From positions 1,263,982 through 1,327,981 of the forward strand of contig CAJINV010000011.1 in the NCBI GenBank assembly GCA_905178155.1: a stretch of DNA of 64,000 nucleotides, written 5' to 3'. Every line of letters begins with the position of its first letter. Within the stretch, counting starts at the first letter, position 1. Below, piece by piece: positions 49,501 to 60,300 of the stretch. This DNA comes from Amoebophrya sp. A120 (lineage: Eukaryota; Protista; Dinoflagellata). Under the pieces are notes generated by a model. It worked only from the letters and a program-made list of their open reading frames with translations, did no database searches and was not told the origin of the DNA. Made by a program: the position numbers and the translations under genes.

Positions 49501-51685
49501 GACACGTTAAGTTGCCACCTGGATGTAAAGCCGCTGGAAGGGTATTGGACCCGGCTGCTCGGAGAGTTTGGCTACGAACTGGCGTCGAATCCGCAGCAAT
49601 CGTATCACCAGGGGCTTCCGCCCCCGATGCGGAACAATTTGGTCGACCACGTCCCGGCGGCGCAGGAATCTGACAAAGAGGTCTTCAAAGCGGATAAATT
49701 CTTCCACTCCGTCCTTCCCGAGGGGAGAAAATTACTGATGGGCAACACGGTGTACCTGAAATTCGGCCCGATGCTGAAAAAGTTTTGCGACGACGACCTG
49801 ACCTTCGAGCAAAAAGGCTGGAACGGCGCCATGGAGCATTACCCCGACGGGATCCCGCGCCGGTCGGTCGGCTACACGGTGGTCAAGTGCAAGGGGATCA
49901 TAATTTTGGCCGAGGGAGAGAGCCACCTGTCCGGCGGAAAGTACGACGACGAATTGACGCAAGACGCCACACTGAAGGGGGCGTTTCAGAAGAAGCGGTT
50001 GTGGACGGAGAATGATAAGCACGGAGGAGATAGTATGTAGTGAGGTCACCGAACGGTTCTAACCAGGGAGTTTTTTTGACAGCTACCCTGAAAAACGACC
50101 GGCAGTTTTCAAGCGGCCGGAGGCGCTTTTTGACATAAAAAAGTTTTAATTATCAAGCGGACGGGGCTTTGCCGTCAAACAAGCCCGGTCGAAAACTATC
50201 GATTCGCACTGGGTAAAACGACGCAGGGGAGCCTGCAAATAGGGCGCCCTTCTGAGGCGCCCGCCGCCTTGGTTTCTGGCGATTTGGGGCGCCCAAAAAG
50301 AGGCGCGCAAAAAACGCGCCCAAAATCAGAACAGCGAAACAGCATGGCGCGGCCGCGATTTCGGAGCATTTTGGGCGGCCGCGAAAGCGGTCGCCTTTTC
50401 GCCGGTTTTAAAGCCTGGGAAGCTTTGCAAAAAGCGCCGGCGTGAAAAATAAAAACGCGAAAAATAAAAAGCGCCCCAGACGCGCAAAGCCAATCCGCAT
50501 GCTATGGGCCCGGTTTTTCTTCAATTTTTGGGCGCCCCCCGTGGTACCCCGATCGGCCCCATAGCATCGGGGCTGGCTTTCGGAAAGGAATTTTGGAAAT
50601 GTGCCAAAGTTTGTGACGTTTCCCAAGTGGCCGCCATACCGTGCGGCATAACGTTACTCACGGCGGTATGGCGAGCCCAGAAAAAGCAAAGCCGCGGCCA
50701 AGGCGGCGGCTGGCAAAAAAACGCCCACGACCTCACTACCCCCGCCCCGGCGGCTATATTTGGTACTGCTGGCGCAGACGATGAAGAAGACCTGGCTTCT
50801 GCGTCCGCCTCCTCTTCGCCCAATGCTCCTGGAGTCGAACCAGCGGAAGATGAGCAGGACCCAATTCGTGTTGCCTCCGCAGCGACAGTCAGCGAGACAC
50901 CGACCGGGTCTGCTGCTGGACGCGGTCCACGCTCCTTGGCGACCCCTCGCAAGAAGCAGACTCCCTGGGAACAGTACCACACAACTCCCCGGAACAGCGG
51001 CGTGCGACCGGAAGACGTGATCCTGTCGCCGACGGCCAGCGGCACGGAGATGCACTTTCGCGGAGCCGGCACGCTGCAGCGGGCGCAGGTGCGGGTTTTC
51101 GGGGAAAAGTTGGCCGCAGAGGGGGCGGCGGCCGTCATCCTCGGCTTCGATGCGAACTCCAAAACGCACATGGAATACGTGCACTGGGTACAACTACAAA
51201 CTAGGAAAGTGGTTGCCGTTCTGCGAATTCTTCTCACATCATTTTTTTGAAATTTATTTAGATTGACAAGAAGCAGCCACTGCCAGAGAAGTAATAGAAC
51301 ACTTCCGCTACATCTTCATGACCTGGTTGACCTGTTTGAAAAAAATTTATCGCAGGTGTATGAAAGTCTCCTATTCAAACCGGAGTACGAGCAATTGGTA
51401 CAGCGAATGAAGCAAGATTTGCAGGACTTCGGTATGGAGATGGAGTACGATGAGATCGTTCAGGAAATCTTCCTGGAGCAAATGCCGAACATCGAGCAGC
51501 AAGGTGTTGGGACCACGAGGAGGACCAGCGGAGCTGCCCCAGTTTTAGCATCAGCGCCAGCACATCAAGCTGCCTCATCCGTGTCGGCTACACCTGTTGG
51601 AGAGCAAGTGCCTGGTGCATGCCAGTTGCAGAATCCAAATCTTCTTGACGTTCCGCCTCCTGGTGAAGCCGTGATGCGACCGTAG
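46505..51685 (+). CDS. Signal-peptide EEP-superfamily protein, paralogue 2 (colinear), 4 exons
   Basis: Exons 46505-47660, 47813-50033, about 50764-51187, 51356-51685. Motifs TCDTMYV, LASDHEPL, FQWNTLG, VMFQED, MGNTVY, ESHLSGG, ILGFDANS. The hydrophobic N-terminus starts MASRR, as in paralogue 1. Confidence 0.8.
47661..47807. mobile_element. Introner family C
   Basis: Family C TIRs and perfect TSD cgaga. Removal gives GRNE|IGDL, which is uninterrupted in paralogue 1. Confidence 0.95.
50034..50758. mobile_element. Long (about 725 bp) intronic TIR element
   Basis: 11-bp inverted repeat gtagtgaggtc (50037-50047) / gacctcactac (50729-50739) and a gtatgt donor at 50033. Removing 50034-50763 restores KHGGDS|TAGADDEE. 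The 3' boundary is inferred. Confidence 0.65.
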
Positions 51686-54366
51686 TTCGACCGCATGTTT
51701 GTGGCTGTGTTGTCCGTCCGATGTCTTCTTCTCCGTGTACCAAAAGGATGCTCTTGGTGCTTCGTCCTCGAGTTCCAGCAAAGGAGACAAGCTGACTCGC
51801 GTGGTCAGAATAAGTCACAACGCCTAGAAGTTGTGTGCCATACCGTTACCTCGGAGCTTTGGGTATTACACATGGACATAATTGAAGATGCATTTTTAAC
51901 AACACCTTTGGCGATGTCCGATGCAGGGCCTCTGTTTTTCTTTCTCAATAATTGTACCAGTGCGTACAAGTAGAAAAAAATCAGTATTTTAGCCTCTGCA
52001 GAAGCAGACGCTCCTAACGCAAGCAACCTGGTCACAGCTTGAATAGAGGTGGTATTACTTCTAGATCAACATGACAGATTGAAATTCCTTCGTTTACTAC
52101 CGAAAATAGTGAAAGTCACTAGCTTATAAAGTAGAGCCTGTCGTGTAGTTTTGTTGACCTTTTTCTTATTTGGCTGAAGTGACCATGGTGATGCGGAAGG
52201 ACGGTACGTTTATCTCCGAGAAAATGAACAAGGAAAACCGTAGGTGGCAAGCAACAAAGATTGATTATACACGACCTCGTGGTCGTGGTCGAGGTCGAGG
52301 AATATTATATGTTGTTCGCGTCATCAAGAACAACTACTGCGCAACATGTCTGCTACACGAACAGATGTAAGAGTGTCCTTAGACCTCAACCTCATGCTGC
52401 GCGGGTACTGAGGCAGGTTGTACGCCCTTCCTTTATGTTAAAATCCGCTAATCGCAACCGCAAGACCAGAAGCCGGGTGCAACTGCATACAATTTTGTGC
52501 TAAAAATGAACTAAGCAATCAGGTATAGATCATGTCGTACTGTAGGATCGTGTACTGTACATTCTGCAAACTATTGGAGGCGTAATTTTCGAATGCGGCC
52601 ACGTGATTCTCGGCGCATGGAAGTTAAAGTAGTCGTAATTCTGCTCTTTGTTCGATGTGCTTTTGGGCCACGGAGCGACTATTATTTGCCCGAGAAGCTG
52701 CGAGTACTTTAAGTAATTTCAACAGGCGAGGATCTGTATCAAGAAGATCAAGATCTCGTGGAAGTTCCTCGCATCCAGATCCATTTGATGTTCCCATGGG
52801 TGGTCAACAATTCCTTACATAAAACGGTCAGCGGGCTTGTCAATAGTTCTTCAACATGATCGCATCATCTTCTTTATCAGTGCGGCGATTCTGGAAGTAG
52901 ATCATCTGGCTTCAAGGCTCTCACGCGTGGTTGCGTAGAAGTTCCTAGCCTGCTCATCTAGTCCTCCTGAAGTAGGTGGTTTCATCTATAAGTATTAATT
53001 TCGTTAGAACGAGGATTCCTGATCTTGATCCTTCCTGTCTCTTGTTCATCCGCAGCGTGGTTTGAGTTTATTATCCTCACTAACAAAAAATAAAATCGGA
53101 AGTCGTTGACGACATCGAAGACATAGCAAGCTAAAAATACAATGAACGTAGGCACCATCCGGCTCCTTCCCCGTTGCAGCTGCCGCTTACGGGTCCTAGG
53201 TGGACCACGTTAGCGCTCTGCGAAGTCCTGGACGACCGAGATTGTAATTTTGATTTGGATCAACATCAATCGAGCACCGTACTCTAGATTCTTGTTGACA
53301 TGCTGCCAATGCAGCAACAGACAAATTATTACTTAACTTCAACATCGGCAACATCCAATTTTCCTTCCGGGTACCCCCCTCATGAATAGAAGATTTTTTC
53401 CATTTTTGGCAGTCGGTGTTTTCAACGACCTTTGATGAAGAAGCAAAACCATAGTTAGAATGATAAGAGAAAAAGAACGAGAAACCCAAGCAGAAATGAA
53501 TAAGAAGCAATGAAAAAAAGAAGTACATGAATACCCAGTATTAGCTATAAAAACCCAACCTTATAAAAGCGTAAAGACAAGTTGACGATATTGGAACCGT
53601 GTGTGGATCTTCTTCTAACTCTAAGGTGGGATCAGTCACTACAACACCAAAACCCGCAGCCGCACCGCAAGACGAGATTGTTGCCTAGCTTGAAGGCGAA
53701 CAAAGGGGACCGAGCATTTTTCCCAGGATCTAACTACAGGCCGGGTACATATTCCAATTCCAAGAGAATTCCAAGAACGTTAACGAAGCGGGAGACGAAC
53801 ACACCCTCGCCTCGTCATCATCTACGAATTCGGAAATCATCGTTATCCCGACCCACAGCTCCTAATATTATCGTCGTCGAAGCAAGTCAACGCCAAAGCT
53901 GCCGGAAGGGTAAGTACGAGGCTTATCCGTGGTACTGGTGCTGAGTACGGCTCGGGCGCGTAAACTTTTTTTCACACGGGAAAGGAAACAAACAGACGAG
54001 ACCTTCACCTGTGCAGAAGTGTCTGAAGGCCCCGGTGACACATCAAGTACTTACTTACCCGTACGAAGAGAACAAGAGAAACATCAATCGAGCCTTGTAC
54101 GTGTACCAGGATTGCTGGCGCGGCTGTTTTCTCGAAGCCATTATCTCCGCTACTGTTCCGAACTAATCCTCTTCTTCTCCTGGTCCTGCCGGCGATGCGC
54201 CGGTGAACAGCCATCTTTATAAACACACGTACTCAACAAGAGCTTCGTAGTGAAATATTCGAGGACAACAGCTACGTCAGTTACAGAGCCACTACGGAAC
54301 AACAGGGCCTCCGAAAATTTTTCTGTGTTGGAGGCCACTCTTGTGCACACGACAACATCGCCAACA

Positions 54367-57300
54367 ATGACGCTGTCGTACCTGGTGTACTTTCTGGTCG
54401 CACTGAGAAGTGTGGTGCAGCCTCGCAGCCATGCGGGTCTGGTGGCCGCCGCACGGCTGACCGCAAAAACTGGAAGTTCTTCGTCGCAGTCCTCGTCAAC
54501 GAGCAGCGTGGGTCGTGGAGATGAAGCTCAACAATCCGCTGTTCCTATTGCCAACGCCGGTAGAAAAACAAGCGATCAGGAGTTGCAAGCCGGAGCTGCA
54601 CCAGAGGACAGAGAGGAGGATCATGCTCCTGCTTCTTCATCTTGGCAAGGAGGAGAAGCTTCGCCGGTAAGAAGGAGCGTTTTCGTACTTATTTCAATAG
54701 TGCTCTAAGATACGCATGGCTGTTTTCCTCGTGATAGATTCCATTCAATCATTTTTTCCATCTGTTTACTATACATAGGTGCAGCAGGAAGTCGCATCTT
54801 CTTCCTCGGCCTCACAAACGCAACCCCCGTCGCACGAAGACAACCAGCAGCATGATCCCCGAGCAGCCACCTCCTCGTGGAGCTCCAGCCAGATGAACTT
54901 GAACATGAAACCTCAGACGTCGCCGCGCCCGGGTTTCGCGCTTCTGGCTACAGCCGCGCCCGTGATCCCGCCGCCACCCCAGCATGAGCCGAATGTGGTT
55001 CTCGGTGCAGTGGCGCCCCCGCGCGACCGTGGCATTGCCAGCGATCATGGAAGTGGCGGCAGCTGGGGCACAACCAGTGAGACCACTGGCATGCCTCCTG
55101 TGGAGCAAGCAAGTCAAATCGGGAACGATTTTTTCCATCACCCCCGAGGCCTCCCGCTCACCGTTATTCCGCCGCGCCCCTGGAACCACACGAACACCCT
55201 TGCGGCTGACGGAGGTGGCCCTTTGAACGGTTTTCACTTTGAAGGAGGGTCGCCAGGCGTGTCTCCGGCGAGTTCCTTCGGTGCTGGGCCTGGGGCCAGT
55301 ATGATGCAGCACGATCGTCCAACATGGACGTCGCCAGGGGCGGGTCCTCACATAATGACCAGCATGTGTGGTGGAGGTGCTGCTGTGGGCGGGTACCAGC
55401 AACTACAACAACACCCTGGCTGGTTTGACGAGTATGATGTGCCGCATGTTGGTCATCATTTTGTGGATACTAGCCAGCAATACGCAAATCAGGCGTCTAC
55501 TTGGATGATGAACCACGACGTGGCAGCGCAACAAGAACAACAAGAAACGATTACTCCTGCGCGAGACCCGCGCGGAGGTCAGGGAACTGGCGCGGCCTCC
55601 TCCTCTTCTACTCACGAACGGAATCTATCTTGGATGGATGTTTCGCCTCGTGTTGCAGCGCATGAACGACCTGATGAACCAAAGAATCCAAAAACTACAG
55701 TGAAACAGAATGAGCCCCCGACTCGTCCACCCGGTCGTGCAGCTCCGGTAGCAACTGGAACTGCCGCAGGGGTCTTGGAAGCAGCGCGTCGAGTTACGCA
55801 AGCTGCTGAGAACTTGGTGGCTTTAGGATTGGCACCTTCCCAACCTTCATCAACATCCGCAGCCGCAACGAACACGGAACTGCATCCGGGAAAACAACAA
55901 CATCAGCATGCAGACGGTCGCGCGTTTCTGGCACACAGTCACCGGGCTCTGGAACAGCAGATTTTATGGCAGCAACAGGTACAACAGTACGAGGCGCAGT
56001 ACTTGCAACGAATGGCAGCTGCGCAAGAAGACGCTCACCAGCAACAACTTGCCTGGCACGCAGCTGGTGGGGGCTCCGCTGGTTGGTATGACTACGATCA
56101 GCAATGGTCTATTGGTGCAGTGGTCCCAGCTGCACCACATCCCTTGTTCCCACCAGTGGACCAAGAAAAGCTGGAAAAACATTCTACAGCCGATCACGTT
56201 TCATGGGAGGACCACCATGATGATCTCGGACGCGGCAGCACCTGGCCTGGTGTTGTTGAGAACAGAGCAGCGCCGTTTGGGTCGTCCACCGGGATTGGTG
56301 TTCCCCGTGCGCCACCTGCGATGTCGCCGCCACCCGCGTCGCTCCTGCGCATTGCAGCGCAGGCCACCGATCATAAGTCCTCTCTTGTGTCGTCATCTGG
56401 ATCTGCTCCGTCGTCCTGTATGAATTGCAAAAGTATCGCACTCGTATAAATGCATATACAAACATCCTCAGCATGAGAAATAAAATTTGTAATGCGGCTT
56501 TAGCTTCAGAAAAAAATTTGTAAATGCATGAATGATTGCAATTACTACGAGTACGATACTTTTGCACAGGATATCCTGGGCGGCCGTGCCAATCGACCCG
56601 ATCCTCGCGGCGCGGCCACCCACACCCCCGATTCCCGAAAACATTGCGACTGCTGTTGCTAAAAATTTAGAAGAAGAAAACCTAGGGGCGTCTCTTGATC
56701 ATGGCAGGGGAAGTAGGAGCACGACAACCCCCACCGTGGTCCAGCACGACCGTGGTCCACCACCTAAGATTGAAACTACAGACTCCGATAACAAGGAGCG
56801 AGACGCAATCGAGCAGCAACTCGCTTTGCTCAGGCGCTTGATGGGGAAAGAAATGACGGAAGAGGTTGGTCTTGCTGGCCGGGATGAAGATGTTGTTAAG
56901 AATGGTGCCGAAGAACAGGAAGATGAAACACCGCCCTCTACTTCCCAGAAAATGTTGTTGGACCATGAGGATGAGAAAGAACCCGAAACGCAGCACAGTT
57001 TCCAAGCTTTGAACAATTCTGCTGGTACTGCTGCAGCACGATCTACTGCACCCGAGGCAGGAGCTCTTGCTCCAGGCGCGGATGTGCTGCAGAAGATAGT
57101 AGCCGCTGTACGAGGAACAGGAACTTCTAGGGGGACAAGGAATGGCGATGCAGTACAACAGAGAACTGAGACAAAAGACTCAGGCACAGGGCCGCAAGGT
57201 TGTGGAGATTATCATTCATCTGCCACGGCGTCGTGTCCTCAAAGTCAAAACCCGGCGGGGGAACAAAAACCGATTAACAACACGACAACACAGCAGGATG

Positions 57301-60300
57301 AATCATCATCCTCAGCGCAGAAAGCAAGTACCGCAGGGAACACCTCCCAAGGCCACACTCTGCTACAACCTGGCGCAGAACAAAATGGTGGCATTAGTGG
57401 CACAGCAGATCTTGACGTTTCCGAGGCGCCAACTGCAACTCCTGCATCTCACAGAGTTATTATAGAATCAAACGGCCAGTGGTTGCAGCTGTTTAAGAGG
57501 GTGAGCGACAAGGAGAACCGGAAGAAAATCCTCCTGGTCTTATACCTCAAATACCTGGGGTTCGTCGAATCCCTGCCCCCAACCGCACTACAATCCTGGT
57601 CGTCGACCCCGGATGCCATGTTTGTGCCGCTGCTCCGTTTCGGCAGCACGCTTACCGGGCTGGGTTCATTGGACGCGGATTTAGATCTGATGCTAATCAG
57701 TCGACCCGCCTGCGTTTTTGAGGGGAGAAAGACCGGGACTTTGGAAGCGATTCGAGAAAAGCTGGGACAGAATGCATTTTTCAGGTATCAAAATGATTGT
57801 AGAAATGCAATGTGGATCATGGTCTCGCGAGATGCGGACGTTTTTTTTTTCGTTTTTCCAGTTGCAGATTTTTTTGAAATAACTTGAAATTCTGTTTTTC
57901 AGTTTATGCTGAACAAAATCCAAATTGAAAATTCATCTGCAACACTCCTCCCGCATAAACAGCAACGGCCGCGTGGTTCCGCACCCGGACCCTACCGTGG
58001 GTTTCCGTCTTTTAATCGAAGCAGATCCGGACGTCCTGTTCCAAGACCAAAATTGGTTGCAGGCCCTTCGCGACACCAAAGAACACGCGGTGGCAGAGTT
58101 GGGCCAGGCAGGCTGGAGGAAAGGGAGTCACACGCAAAGCGACTTCGATCTTCATGTCCAGCTACCTACAAGTAGTCGTGAAAATCTCGTTCCGGCTGCC
58201 GTTCTTGCCGGAACTCCAGATCAATCAAACTTTAGTACCAGCAACAGTGCCTCGGTAAGAACACAAACACTGCGGACCAACATGACGATGTCGGGAGGAG
58301 GTGTTTTGCCACCACAGCACGCACTGGAGAGGTCCCAGGAATCGGATCTGCGGCAGTTGCTTCACGATGTGTGGTTCTCTCGGTCGAGGCGGAAACAGGA
58401 CTTTGAAGACCACGGCCACAAACAAACTGCAACTGCAGATCAAAACCGTGGTGAATCGGAATCGCATTCGGAAAAACAAAATAAAGTACTGATGCCATCA
58501 CGTAATGCAGGTGCATCTGCTTCTGCAAGTGCAACTGCATCTGCGGTGGACCCGGACCACGTGGATCATGGTTTTGATTATTCCAACGAACCGCTCTATG
58601 TCCTTCCAATAGAACATCAAGCTGGCGACGAGCAGATGGCCGCGACGCACACGACGTCGCATCGTGTCGAGGAACATCAAAATCAAGACGACGAAATGGA
58701 AATGGTCTTCCACAATTGTAGCAGCCAGGCGTCCTTCGATTCGCAAGCACAGTCGCACACCGGTCTTAGCCTCGATTTTCAGCAGGACTGCCAGCTACAT
58801 GATTCATCACGCGACATTAATTCGCAAGACCTGATGACGATGAGCCAAGATTTGAATCCCGAAACTGTGATCGAGGAAGGAAACGAAGAGGACGAGGAAC
58901 TACACGATGAAGGACTACTACAAAGCAGTTCCGGAACAATAACTGCTGCTGTCAAGAGCAGCCCGCCCAACATGCTGATCACCCTCGACGACGTCATCGC
59001 TGATGTGAAAGCCGCGATTACGAGCTCGAAATCCGAACAAGAAATTCTGCAGCACGACAAGGATAAAAACTTGATCCATCTCGACTTCCACGTGCGCGCG
59101 GACGTGCAAGAGTGGACGGAGTTGGCCGGGACGGTTTTCTTGCAGAAACTGGCCAAGGAATTGTTACTAGCAAGGGATTTTGTAATCCTGGTGAAGCTAT
59201 GCAGTGCAAAAGCATCGTACTCGTATAAACGCACTACAAATTTTCTCAGCATAATAAAATTTGTAATGCGGATTTACATTAACCTTCAAGAAAAAAATTT
59301 GTGATGCATACGAGTACGATACTTTTGCACAGGATAGAAACACTGGGCGAGCAAGCACGGCGTGTACGAGTTGCTGCAGGGCGCGGGACCTGGCATGTGC
59401 TGGACGGTGGTCGCGTTGGACTTCTTGGCGAGGCGGAATTTGTTGCCTCCAAGAGTAGAATTAGAACCTTTTGTGGAGAACAGCAGGAGTGCCTCCCCGT
59501 CGCCAGACGTGCGGTCGGAAGCTGCTGGGAGCAGTGGTGCAGGTCTGGGCGGCAGAGGCAGTAGTGCGCAAGGGCTAGTAGCGGACGAGGACGGAAAAGG
59601 GCAAGAAGATATTAAGCACGACCAAGACCAACAGGAGGAACTGGAACAATTCTCCTTCTCTACTGCCACGGCGAAGATTTCCTGGCTGGACAAGTGGCGC
59701 GCCAACTGGGACTATTCCGCGGCGTTCGACCAGCAGGATCGGCTACTGGAGGAAGCAGTCTCCCTTTCACGTACCACTTCGCGGTCCTCTGGTGGTGCTG
59801 GTGCAAGTCCAAATCTAGATGCTGCAAGCACATCTTCCATAAAAGTGCATGTCGGCGAGATGAACGCGGAACAGAAAAAGGCGAGAACCTTCACAGCAGC
59901 GCCCCTGGCGGCCCTGAAGCATAGAAACTTCGTCCGCCACCCCACCGATGAGGAGCAATTTGCGGAAGCGTGGTTTGCGGCGAACTTTCGGGATAACTCG
60001 CCAACAATTTTCTATTTCGGCGATCAGTTGTCCGAAGACCAGCGGTTGTTGCGGTTATGCATTGCAAAAGTATCGTACGTAGTACAAATCGCATGACAAA
60101 TTTCTCCAGAAGGAAAAATGGAACTTGTAATGCTGATTTGGCTAAGAAACAAAAATTGTCATGCAGGATTGCAATTAGGAGCGAGTGCGGTACTTTTGTA
60201 GAGCATAAAGGTTTAGTTGCTACGAGGCACACAAAAACTACCAAGTCGCTGTATCAAATGTAAAAATGTCTGGGTCTGGAAATTTGTGATGCTGGGTGGC

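Noticed and set aside
51700-54300. Short ORFs between EEP paralogue 2 and the TUTase gene
   Set aside because: No recognisable motifs or consistent exon chain.
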